Source: Zootoca vivipara
Taxonomy: Eukaryota
Direction of reading: 5' to 3'
DNA: 64,000 bases
Assembly (NCBI RefSeq): GCF_963506605.1
Contig: NC_083277.1
Span: 88,102,001 to 88,166,000, forward strand
The notes beneath the pieces are model-generated. The model saw nothing but the letters and a program-made list of their open reading frames with translations. It was not told the origin of the DNA and ran no database searches. The position numbers and the translations under genes were made by a program. This document shows, piece after piece, positions 40,611 through 52,042 of this stretch. The first letter of the stretch is position 1. Every line of letters begins with the position of its first letter.

Positions 40611-41494
40611 CTTTCTGGAATATATATTATATATTTCAAGTAGCCTTGATAAGACTGTGGATGAGAATCAAGCCATGGAGTCATAGGGGAGGGGGAAAAC
40701 ACCTAGTATTGCATTATCTTTCCGAGCACTAAATTCTCTTTAACCTTGGAATGCACAAAAACATTTTCCAAGTGAAGCAATATAGTGGTAAAACAAAGTA
40801 TTTAATTCGGAACAGAAATATTGTCAAAATCAATCAATATCCAACAGTTCACTCCAAGAAGAGGCTAATGCACTCTTCACATGCTTTTAGCTGGTAACAC
40901 TAACGGTCCACTTTTCCTATGTGAGGAGAACATCCACTTGAGCTCTTGACTGAAATCTTCCTATGCTGGCACTTATAGAACAGTTATGTAACAAAATCCT
41001 ATGTTGTGGGAAATGACACAGGGGAAATGGTATGAGTGAACTGGATACTGCTTTAGTATGTCACTTACCATCTGAATAAATCTTGGGAAGGAAAAGTACC
41101 AAACTCAACTCCACAGCATGACTTATATGAACTTATCTATTATTATTAAAATGGAATTATGCATATGGATAGAGAAAAATCTACAGGACTGTTTCTGACG
41201 TTTAATTACAATTTACTGCTTTGATCTAAAGATTCACAGGATCTCCAATGCTCATATGGAGCTCTTAGTGATGGGTAGCTCCTTGCATGTAATGGGATGT
41301 CACCCTGCCATAGGTAAATAAGGAAGCTCTTGTGTGCATGAGAGCTACACATTATTTACTGCGGTATCAATGCATGAACTGGGGTCTAAACAGGTCCACT
41401 GGTCTATTGATACCTTGTTGAAAAGAGAACTACACAAGGTTACCGTATGTATCCAATACAACTTCTCAGATTCTGCTCGCGCTACACTTCTAAT

Positions 41495-41631
41495 CAGTGC
41501 TATTTTTCGAGAAAAAGAAGTGCCGGAACTCACCATGAACGCCTCCCTTGTTCTCTTATAATAGCAATAGTGCCCAACTGAGAGGTGCCGGAACGGAATT
41601 CAGGGGAGTTCTGGATGAAAAAAATGCCCAT
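41495..41631. mobile_element. Short hAT-type MITE
   Basis: TSD cttctaat on both sides; imperfect TIRs; internal gtgccggaac repeats. Confidence 0.7.
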
Positions 41632-42069
41632 CTTCTAATGCAGTTTGATATAAGTTTTGAGTAAACAGGATTTGTTTAGGATTTCTTAATTCAGTAAAGA
41701 AGCACAAGGAGAACCTGAAAATATTATGATGTACAGTACTATGGCCCTACATATTTTTTGAAAAAATCTAGCGTAGGCACTTTCAATTCAATTCAAAATC
41801 AAATTTGAATGAGAACACAGCTTTTTTGTTTGTTTTTTACAAAACAAGTGCACAGAAATGAAGCCGACTCAGACCAATGATTTAGGCTGCAGTCTTATGC
41901 ACATCACCTGGACCAGATCTCAGTGAGGAGAAATACACTGGATTGAATTACAAATACAAAAATTTTCTATACTGATTTAATAATGAAAATTTCCTAGTTT
42001 TCATTCATCATAGCCTTTGAACAATTTAGGTGATGAGTTTCAATAAAATCACCATGTAAGTTTCTTGCC

Positions 42070-42435
42070 GAAGGGATGCGGATAGCGCTGTGGTCTAAAC
42101 CACAGAGCCTAGGGCTTGCAGATCAGAAGGTCGGAGGTTTGAATCCCCGCAACGGGGTGAGTTCCCGTTGCTCAGTCCCAGCTTCTGCCCACCTAGCAGT
42201 TCAAAAGCACGTCAAAGTGCAAGTAGATAAATAGATACCACTCCGGCAGGAAGGTAAATGGTGTTTCCATGCGCTGCTCTGGTTCGCCAGAAGCGGCTAA
42301 GTCATGCTGGCCACATGACCCGGAAGCTGTGTGCAGACAAACGCCGGCTCCCTTGGCCTATAGAGCAAGATGAGCACCGCAACCCCAGAGTCGTCCATGA
42401 CTGGCCCTAACAGTCAGGGGTACCTTTACCTTTAC
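42070..42435 (+). mobile_element. Full-length Sauria SINE
   Basis: tRNA-like head, BovB-related 3' part, (ACCTTT)n tail, 13-bp TSD taagtttcttgcc. Confidence 0.92.
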
Positions 42436-44004
42436 TAAGTTTCTTGCCAGGAATGAACACTTACATTTCTAACACTGAAAGCAGGCAGAAAGGCAGGATA
42501 GAAGAAAACCACCTTTTTTTCCCTTCAAAGAGCAGCACATCTGGGCAGTCTGCAGCCTGGTTCTATACAAGACTAAAGGTCATCTCCCATATTGTGATTT
42601 TACATTAAGTAATTAATGCACACCTGTAACATATTGCTGTGATCACTCACTTTGATTCAAATGTGCCTACTCATTAGAAAGACACAAGTACAGGTGATGT
42701 TCACAGAGTGGTTCAGCAAACCCTTGCAATAAACTTTTACTTTGCAACAACCAAAGTTAAGGGTTAAAAATATATATCCTGCATTAATATTTTAGGCAAA
42801 AGAGTGGGTCGAAAGCCACTTCCCTTACTTAACACCATAATGTGGGAACCAGCCTGAAGTCCTCCCTTTCAATGTAGGCTGTTTTCCCATATGCAGGGGA
42901 ACAAACACTCTTTACCGCAAGACTACCCAGGTGAGTAATCAAAATTCAAATATCATAACATAATGGTTTACTTGAGCACCCAAATGCAGGGGTATTATTG
43001 AGAGTTAACTCCTAGGTACTCATAGTACCATTTTTACTACAAGTGTATGGAGTGTGTTCCTATCCTTCCCATGTTAACACAGAATGTTGCTTGGGAATAA
43101 TACTAGGAGTACGGTCTAAAAGCAAAAGGAAAGGAAAAGCCAAATACTGTAGTCTGCTATATACCAATCAACATTCTTGAGATCCCAAACTAAAACACTA
43201 AGCAAACAAGAAACAACCCAATAAGGGGAGTGTCTTGCTACAAGAGCTATTAAGGATCTAATTGCTTGAGGATCCAACCAAGTATTAGGTCAAACATGCC
43301 AGCAGCATCTGACAAACATTTTTCTAGTTACCCACAGAAACTCAGTGAGTGTGGTACTGCACTTCCAGGTACTAAACAAAAAATAATATATTGCAACAAT
43401 ATTGTGAGATGCTTACAGGACCATCAGAGTTGTACAATGAACAATCTGCCTCTCATATAATTACCCAATCAAGAGCACGTGGAGTGTTAATAAAAAAACA
43501 AACACCTCCCTATACAGGTACTTTACTCCATCTAATGCAGTTTAAGAGAGAAGTCTACATAGCTTTACAGTTATGTATAACAATATATATGTAGTTTCTC
43601 AAATACTGACCTTGAACACTTTTGTAACATACACACACCCAAAGTTAGTGTCCAGTGCCAACTCAGCAGTAAAGCTCAGTAACATTTACTATTCTGGTGT
43701 TTGTATGTACCATATCTATGAAGGATACTTCAAACACAACAAAATGGGAAGCACTTCTAAACATGAAATAGAAGGCAAACAACATACAGGTATTTGACAA
43801 TTGCAAACATGAGCATTTTGCTGCATGTACATAGGATGGTGCTGAAAAGTGGCACAGGCAGCTTCCTAGCACATAATTATATGCTCATTATAATGAGCAG
43901 GTGATGATGCCTTATACTGAATCAGACCACCAGTCCCTCAAACTCTGTATTGTCTACTTTGACTGGCAGCAGCTCTCCAGACGTCTTTCACAGTCCTCCT
44001 ACTA

Positions 44005-45018
44005 CCGTGTTTCTCCGAAAATAAGACACGTCTTATATTTATTTTTCCTCCAAAAAAACACACCACGGCTTATTTTCAGGGGATGTCTTTGCTGACTTTG
44101 CCTTTGCCTTGCTGACTTTGCCGCGCACTGTTGCCTTTGCCAGCTCTCGCTGGGTCAGGGCTCGGCCCAGCACGCTGCTGCCTTTGCCGGCTCCCGTTCA
44201 CCCGGAGCTTGGCGCAGCACAGCTGCTGCGTTTACCGGCTCTTGCTGGGCTTTGGCTGCTCTCGCGGGGCTGGAGCGCGGTGCTGCTGGGTTTGCCGGCT
44301 CCCGTTCACTCAGAGCTCGGCGCAGCACAGCTGCTGCGTTTACTGGCTCTTTCTGGGCTGGAGCTCGGCGCGGAGCGCGCTGCGGGCTTTGGCGGCTCCC
44401 GCGGGGCTGGAGCGCGGCGCTGCTGGGTTTGCCGGCTCCCGTTCACTCAGAGCTCGGCGCAGCACAGCTGCTGCGTTTACCGGCTCTTTCTGGGTTGCAG
44501 CTCGGCGCGGAGCGCGCTGCGGGCTTTGGCGGCTCCTGCGGGGCTGGAGCACGGCGCTGCTGGGTTTGCCGGCTCCCGAAGGGTCAGGGATCGGCGCAGC
44601 GCCGCTGTTGGCTGTTGGCGGCTCCCGCGGGGCTGGAGCGCGGCGCTGCTGTGCTTGCCGGCTCCCGTTCACTCGTTTACCGGCTCTTGCTGGGCTGGAG
44701 CTGGGTCAGGGCTCTGCATGGTGCGAGCTGCGGGTCGCGCAGGGTCCTGCTAGGGTAGTCCGAGGCTCTGCACAGCACGTGCTGCAGCTTCTCCCGGCTC
44801 CCGGTCCTTTTGCGCTCCACGTGGGCATCCGCTTCCAGCTAGGACAGGAATCTTCCTTTTCCTGTTCCTTACGGAAGCGCCATTCAGCACGGTATGGTAG
44901 GTACCGGTCCCCCCCCCCAACACGCCTTATTTTCGGGGGATGTCTTATATTTTTTGAGCTTTAAAAGATCGTGCCATGGCTTATTTTAGAGGCACGTCTT
45001 ATTTTAGGAGAAACACGG
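44005..45018. mobile_element. Tc2/pogo-like non-autonomous DNA transposon with GC-rich internal repeats
   Basis: TIRs CCGTGTTTCTCCgAAAATAAGAC / GTCTTATTTTaGGAGAAACACGG; TA TSD on both sides; subterminal CTTATTTT repeats. Confidence 0.9.
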
Positions 45019-45023
45019 TAGAG

Positions 45024-45159
45024 CAGGCATCCCCAAACAGCGGCCCTCCAGATGTTTTGGCCTACATCTCCCATGAACCCTAGCTAACAGCACCAGTGGT
45101 CAGGGATGATGGGAACTGTAGTCCAAAACATCTGGAGGGCCGAAGTTTGGGGGTGCCTG
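45024..45159. mobile_element. hAT URR1-like MITE copy 2
   Basis: Near-identical to 1003-1137; TSD tactagag, with the left copy split by the Tc2-like element. Confidence 0.9.
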
Positions 45160-45261
45160 TACTAGAGATTCCCTTGAATTGCTATCAGTTATGTCCAAAA
45201 TGGGCGTAATCAAAAAGGGCATAACAGGCTTTCCAGGTTAGCTGGTTCAAAAGCTGTATGG

Positions 45262-45397
45262 CAGGCACCCCCAAACTGCGGCCCTCCAGATGTTTTGGCC
45301 TACAACTCCCATGATCCCTAGCTAAGATGACCAGTGGTCAGGGATGATGGGAATTGTAGTCCAAAACATCTGGAGGGCCGAAGTTTGAGGATGCCTG
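45262..45397. mobile_element. hAT URR1-like MITE copy 3
   Basis: Near-identical to 1003-1137; TSD ctgtatgg/ctgtatgc. Confidence 0.9.
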
Positions 45398-47078
45398 CTG
45401 TATGCCAACCCAGAGAACACCGTGTCCCAAGATACTGCAGTGAGTGATCATACACATTTGTGGGAGGAAAGAACTGATTAAGTGTTAAAACAGCATCACT
45501 GGTGTCACACAGCACCATTCATTATTTCAACAGTACAAACCTAATTCAATACTCATTACACTGGATGTACCACTAATTTTAGCTTCTATGTATTAAATGG
45601 AGTTAGGAAATCAGTGTTGAGTTTACATTGTAAATATTAAGATATACTTTCAGCTTTATTTTGTTAAATATTTTACCGAGTACATAGGTATCAAAGTACT
45701 GTATCCCTCTCCAAAAATTTAGTAGGTACACATAGAGGTTTCTTATGGGCGTAATCAAAATTATGGGGTGGTAAGTCAACATCTGTTTCTCAAAAACACT
45801 TGCTCAATATGCAATGACGCTGAGAAAAGGACCTTGCACTTTCCATCCACATCTCACATTCATGCACTCTGCATCCTCCTTAATTACAAGCACACCTAGT
45901 AATACCGTAATCTGATACAGTACTCCCTTTATTCAAGTAGAGAAGCACTCACTGTTATGCATTCCCCATTCAACCAAAACCACCTTCTAACTTCAATTTC
46001 AGAAAGGCCTCACATCTAATCTACCTACATATTGCACTCCTAAAAAAAACACAAGACCACTTTCCCCCTGCATGACTATAGAAAAACCACTTATTGACTC
46101 CAGACACATCATACATTTAAAGCATACACAAACATGCCACCAATTTATGGGGACTGTAATCTGTAAAGGTGCTGGGAACTGTAGCTTTGTGGGGGTTAAA
46201 TTAAGGTACTCAGGACTCTTAGAGAGGTGCTTTAAATCTATGGGGCCTACACAGACCAAGTTTTCGTTTACCCCTACACCCCCACCCCAAGGGCAATTAC
46301 CGGTAGGCTGCAATCCTGTACACACGGACCGCAAAGTAAATCCCCTTGAACTCAACAGGACTTACTTCTGAGCAGACATGAGCAACATGGACATGCTACC
46401 TCTACCCCGACCTTAACGCATGCGTTCTTCCGACACATACCTTCGTTAGTCAGCCAGACGTCAGCCTCGTATTTTTTGCTTATTAATTCTGTTTTCCCAG
46501 TAGCGATCACGCCCTAGCGATTAGGCTCCCTACACCCTCCCCAGACTTACACCCCGGGATGAGTCCCCGAACCGTGGCTACTCCCATCACCCGGAAACCG
46601 CCCACATGCCCCGGTCAGACCTGCCCGCTCCAGAGGAGATAGAAGGCCCCTAGTTTCCCCTCACACGTACGTCTATGCACACGTATAGCCGCCTCCCCCA
46701 ACTGCACCCCTACCCGTGTTGCCGCCCAGAAGCGCCTGTTCACACACACGAAGCTTCCCCGCCTCCCTGCTTTCCTCGTCTCCCTCCCTACACACCACAC
46801 CCCCCTTCCCACCCAGCCGAGCCCCACACGGGAAAGCGGCTCTTCTCAGAACTCCAGGCGGCCGGAGCCGGCCTCCCTCCGAGGCCTCTCGGTCTCCGGC
46901 GAGGCCTGGTCCAGCTCGGGCGCCCCCTCCCGTCCCCGCAGCCAGCCAGGCGGGGAGCGTGTGGTGAGCGGCGAGGGTTGGAAGGGAGCGAAGCGCCGCG
47001 CGGCCTACAGTAGGCTCGGCGGGCGTCGCTTCGGGCCCGGCTGCGGCCGCCGCTCCTCCCCAGGCGCGCTTCCCTTAC

Positions 47079-47157
47079 CCTGCATGCTGCTGACTGTCGT
47101 GTGCGCCGCCTGGGACCCGCCGCCGCCGGAGCCAGAGCCGGGGCCGGGAGCCGCCAT
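47079..47157 (-). CDS. MAP2K4: MAP2K4 exon 1 coding part (MAAPGPGSGSGGGGSQAAHTTVSSMQ-G)
   Basis: acaATGG Kozak context, MAAP...VSSMQG as in MKK4, |gtaagg donor. Confidence 0.93.
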
Positions 47158-47450
47158 TGTGCAGCGCGCCAGACGCGGAGGGAGGGAGGGAAGGAGGGAG
47201 AAGGGGACGGACGGCAGAAGGAGAGAGGCTGCAATGCAGCAGGAGCGGAGGAGCAGCGGACCCGACCCCCTCCTTGCCCGTCCCGCGCGCCCGCCCTCGG
47301 CTCCTCGCCCGCGCGCTGCTGCTGCTGCTCCTTCCTGCCCCGCTCGCTGGCAGGACACCCGGAGCCGGGACTCGCGACAACAGGCGCCAGCCTCCCTGGC
47401 CCCGACCGACCCAAACCACCGCCAGTCGTCGTCGTCGCCGCCGTCCTCCT

Positions 47451-47454
<4 letters not shown>

Positions 47455-47496
<42 letters not shown>
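47455..47496. repeat. (CT)n microsatellite in the MAP2K4 promoter / 5' region
   Basis: Seen directly. Confidence 0.95.
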
Positions 47497-47498
<2 letters not shown>

Positions 47499-47743
47499 CG
47501 CTACTGGGGCTCCGCTTGCAGCCTCCGCCGTCCGCTTGTTCCCTCCCACCCTCGCGGCACCAGGGTAACCCCTCCCAGGCAGCGGGCGGGACGGATGATG
47601 CCTCCGACGGCTTCGCCCAAAAAGACGCAGGAAGAGGGAGGGAGGAAAAGGAGGCGCGAGGAGGAGAGACCCAGCTGGATCCGGCGGCGGCAGGCCCGGC
47701 TAGTTCTACACCCGCCGCCTCCCACAATGGCGAAGCAGATGCC

Positions 47744-47780
<37 letters not shown>
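47744..47780. repeat. (GCC)~12 trinucleotide repeat
   Basis: Seen directly. Confidence 0.95.
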
Positions 47781-48189
47781 TGCAGCAGCAGCCCCGTTCT
47801 CCCCGACTCGCAGATTCCCCATTCAGATGACTGGCGGCAATAGCGACGAGAGGTAGCCATTGCCCTCTCCTTTCTAAAACAGCCCAGCGTGGCGGCCATC
47901 TCATGTTGTGACAGCGAATTCCGTGGTTTTAAAGGGCTGAAGAGATTCTTCCTATTGTCTGTCCTGCATCATCCCCCCAACCTTCTATCTTTCAGATTTA
48001 ATGGATGAACCCAGATCAAGTACTGTACCTGTATTATGAGAGAGAGAAACCCGCTCTCTTCTTTCTCCGCGTATGAGGGGAGAGCCTTGCCGCATCAGAC
48101 GGAAGGTCCGTCTGTACTGCGCTTAATTTTATACACCTATTTGCTCGCCCCCCCCCCCCCCGTCCTGGTAAATGAGCCACGGCAGCAAG

Positions 48190-48990
48190 CTTCACATAAG
48201 CAACTTATTCCAACAACTTATACAGTACCTTTTCCATAACTCTCCTGAATCTTTTACAACTAGATAACTAAACATTGTATCTTGAAATATAGTGATTATA
48301 ATGTGATTATGTACCTGAAATGAGATTATATTTTAGAATTACTTCCTGATTCTTTCAAATGATGCAATGTTGAATGACAAGACATTTCTATATAAAATTA
48401 ATCATATATCTTCTTTGTGGGTTTAACATTCTGGAATATGTTCACAAAGCTACCAGACGTTTCTGGAAGAATCACATAGAATAACGAGAATTATGACCTG
48501 CCTTTCCTAACATATGTGGATTTTTTTTAAAAAAATATATCCAGCAATCTTTTTTTGGGGGGGGGGTAACCTTTTTATTTTTAGACACCTTGATTTATTC
48601 TGAAAAACAGGTGGAATATAATTGTATTTAAATAAATAAATGACTTGTCCCATATGCTTATGTTCCAATCCAAGCACTTCCATTAAATCCTGAATTATCC
48701 TATTTCCTCTTTTCTCCAAATGAATCTTAACCTTCCCATCTCATCTTTCATGTTTATTCAATGAGATAAGCGGTAGTTCTTCTTCTGTTTTCTTCCACCT
48801 TTGCAGAATTAAGATCAACATGCCGAAACTCATCAAACTTGATCCCAAAGTTCTCTGTGGCCCCTTTTGTCTCTTTCCTATGGTGCGTTCTCCTCATACT
48901 GACATAGCCCAAGTGTGAGATCTTCTATGGTACCTACTTCTTCCTATCAATTTCCCATTAATTTTAATTACCATAAGCTCATATAATACT
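48190..48990 (-). mobile_element. Degenerate L1-like fragment
   Basis: Pyrimidine-rich + strand resembling antisense ORF2 3' end; approximate. Confidence 0.35.
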
Positions 48991-49668
48991 TAAAATTTTA
49001 ACTTGGATGTAAGCCCTGTTTGCAATGCAATATTATGCATGCCTACCCATTGGGGCTTGCAACTACATGAGTACAGGTTTGCAGCTCAATTCTAATATGT
49101 AATTTTCCAGAAATATGGTCCTTTCAATGTGTCTGGAAGCTCCACTGAAGAAATGGCTGTATATCACTCAGCCTGGGACCAGTATGTGTTTAGGATCACA
49201 GCATAATTTTCCAGTGTAATTGGCCAACACTTCCCAATTAGCTGGAATCTAGGAAAGGAAACGCAAATAAAAGCCTCAAGAAGCATATTTAATTGGTTCC
49301 GTGTATATGAAAGGTCATGCCAGCATAAATCTGTCCACAGTCTAAGAACTGATGTGCCCAGTTCTCACTTGACAGCTGCCTAGAGCAGTATGAAAATATT
49401 TATTTCATAACCGTTTTAAACCCTTTTTTCTCAAAAGGGAGGAGCTTCCAGTAAATTATAAAGTACATGGCAACATATCTTTTTCATACATTCCCCTTGT
49501 TGGTGACCCTACTGCCGCTGTCACTGGAGTGATTTCAGAGAGACTTTTTCAGGGTTCTGGCAGTTACAGGGGAAAGTCTGCTGCCTGGAAAAGGAAGGTG
49601 CAACCAGGTCAGCTTTGAAGTCTTGGCAAGAGGCAAGTGGGTCTTCCAGTTAATACACTTGGTCTGAA

Positions 49669-49976
49669 CAGGGCTGGATTTAGGTTTGGTGAGCCCCTAA
49701 CCTACTGAAGATAATGGGGCCCTTGTCCAGCTGTCCTTTGTCAACAAATTGCAGCTGTGGTTTTTTGTGTGTGTTAAATACATGCAATATGGTAATTTAT
49801 GGACCTAATAGGTATCTAAAGCCATTTGCCCACAACAAAATATGTATTTTATCAAAGTAATTGTTGAACTTATCTTCTATTTTGGAAATGTACATCCAGT
49901 TTTTTTCCCATTAAATTTTTTTGGGGGCCCCCAAAAGAGGCTTGTTTAGCTTATACTGTACGTAAATCCGGAACTG
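49669..49976. mobile_element. Non-autonomous hAT (Tip100/Ac-like) element
   Basis: TIRs CAGGGCTGGATTTA/TAAATCCGGAACTG; perfect TSD ggtctgaa. Confidence 0.85.
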
Positions 49977-49999
49977 GGTCTGAAGCAGAGATTGGCATC

Positions 50000-50620
50000 T
50001 GCTTTGCGTTGCACCCTCTCGGTTGCGGCCGCTGAACTTTTCCTCTGCTGAACGACGGCGCTCGGCGAGGACCCTGCCCCCTTCGTCGGAAGTGCGCGGC
50101 GTGGGCGGTGCATGGCAGGACTATGAGGTCCCGGGGTGTAAGGGGCGTGTAAGAGCGCGCCTGATGTCGATGGAGGGCTTCTCTCCACTGGTGGGGCGGG
50201 GAGAGGGGCGGGCACGCGAGTGAGCGAGCTGCGGCCGGTCAGTGAGCGGGGCGAGCGAGCAATGGAGGCCGCCGCCGCTTCGTTGCCTAGGCTTAAGCGG
50301 GAGTCGCTGCCGCCGCCTCCTTCCGCGGGTGCCAGCAGCCGGGTCTGGAGACTTAGCAACTTGGTCATGGCCGTCTTCTTTGGACTCGCCGGGGCCGTGC
50401 AGGTCGGGGATCGCGCTGGGCGTAGGAGGAGGGCGAGAAAAGTGCGCAAGGAGCAGCTTGGCTGTGCGGGTGGGCGAAGGTCGGTCGCAGGGTTCCAGCT
50501 GGCCGGTTTCCGGGGCAGGGCAGGGCGAAGGGTAACGAGGAAAGTGCGTTCAGGATTGCAGCTTTGGAGAGGTTTGAAGTGGGAGTGCCGCAGGAGGAAA
50601 GGGAAGATTGACCGCACACC
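50000..50620. promoter_or_regulatory. CpG island / promoter of TMEM220
   Basis: CpG-rich; ETS motif CGGAAGTG at 50087-50094; GGGGCGGG GC boxes upstream of the ATG. Confidence 0.75.
50262..50402 (+). CDS. TMEM220: TMEM220 exon 1 (MEAAAA...VWRLSNLVMAVFFGLAGAVQ)
   Basis: gcaATGG Kozak context; WR..N..MA.FF.LA..VQ as in TMEM220; |gtcggg donor. Confidence 0.88.
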
Positions 50621-50874
50621 ACTCTTTCATCATTACAGAAGGTTATGTGGAAAGAGGAGCATTTTTCTCTATTATATTTATTTATTTGGGGCAAAACGTA
50701 TGCATAAACCTGCTCCCGCATCTCCACCGAAACAAAGCAACAATAATCCCGTCGTCAAAAGCAAGTTAAATGCATTAAAAAGTCACAGCATCTCAACACG
50801 AAACACACCGAAAACAAACAAACAGAACCAAGAGAGCCAGGACTAACGCATAAGGGTTTGGTGACTTCTGTTTC

Positions 50875-50975
50875 AGTGTATCTGCAGAAGTGTGCATGCA
50901 CACGAAAGCTCATACCTATGACAAACTTAGTTGGTCTCTAAGGTGCTACTGGAAGGATTTGTTGTTGTTGTTTCG
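50875..50975 (+). mobile_element. Penelope-like pLTR fragment with variant hammerhead core (CTGCAGA)
   Basis: Homologous to the right arm of the 59515-59727 element. Confidence 0.75.
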
Positions 50976-52012
50976 CATCAGAATCTGAACAGCCATGAAA
51001 TCAAAAGCTTTCTGAAGATGAGAAGTATTTTAAGTGGTGGCAGAAAACAAGTAGGGAGGGAGATAGATAAGCTCTCTCAGGGCAGGGGTGCCATTTTACA
51101 GGGTGCCACTGAAGGGAAGGCTCTCTCACATGCTGTCACCCACCGCAGAAGGCAGAGGAGCAGGCAAGAGGGTCTGTTTATTTTAAAGACATGGGCAGAT
51201 ACAGGTGGGAGGAGATGGTAGCTTGGTCCTAGTCTCCACTTTGAAGGGGTTTTTATGACCACCTTGGATTATATTTGGAACAGTTGTTTACCTTTGCAGT
51301 TATGTAGCTTTTTTAAAGAAAGGGAAGAAGCTCCAGGTTACTTCTCCCTATCAGCAATCCACGGTGCCCCTCAAGAACATCCTTCTTTGTTCCAGTTTTC
51401 CGTTCCCCCACCTTGTTTCCCTTACTTAAATTGATTTAGTTCTGAAACTTGTAATCAAGTCTAATCTATTTCAATCCTCCAATGATTTGGACAATACTTT
51501 AGGATAAACAAGTGACATTGGGTAAAGAAAGCAATTTGTCCACCTGCCACAGTAAGACTTCATTCTCCCCATTATATTTATGTAGTTTTCAAGCTATGAA
51601 TGCTGGATTAGGAAATATATCACTTACTAACAGTAAAGCAGAATCAGTCTTCTGCTCTAAAAACTGCCTAGGGGAAAACAATATGTGCAGAGTTTATATC
51701 TTCCTGAGTTGTTATTTTGGTAAAATATGCAATTAATTTATATCCTACAGTATTAGCAATCTGCTGGCAGTACCTGGGGAATAAATAGCTAGATAGCACT
51801 GGGTATATGTTTGGGTTTTTTTAATCTGCAAAAGTCCACAGGTCTCTGCTTACAGTTGCCCATTTCACATTGAGCAAGGCTCACCAACAATTTATCCTGG
51901 AGTCTTGGATATGAATACTCAGGATTAACTGATTTATTGATCAGTTGGAAGGATTTTTATGTTATGCACAATTTAATATTTTTAGCAATGTTTCCTGCCT
52001 TCTTTGTTGCAG

Positions 52013-52042
52013 GTCAATGACCCAGATCCAGGACTCTGGATA
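52013..52042 (+). CDS. TMEM220: TMEM220 exon 2 (VNDPDPGLWI)
   Basis: 30 nt; tgcag| and |gtgagt; NDPD signature. Confidence 0.92.

Larger units (their letters stand above)
46400..47920. promoter_or_regulatory. CpG island / promoter of MAP2K4
   Basis: High GC and CpG density around exon 1, with (CT)n and (GCC)n tracts; boundaries approximate. Confidence 0.8.

Noticed and set aside
44109-44964. Long overlapping ORFs (110-277 aa)
   Set aside because: Same cause: GC-rich repeat cargo of the Tc2-like element; no transposase motifs.
46961-47843. + strand ORFs with poly-Pro, poly-Arg and poly-SL
   Set aside because: Low-complexity translations of CpG island microsatellites; no splice structure or recognisable family.
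50220-50846. 208-aa ORF as a single-exon gene
   Set aside because: Only 50262-50402 matches TMEM220; the rest is read-through into intron 1.
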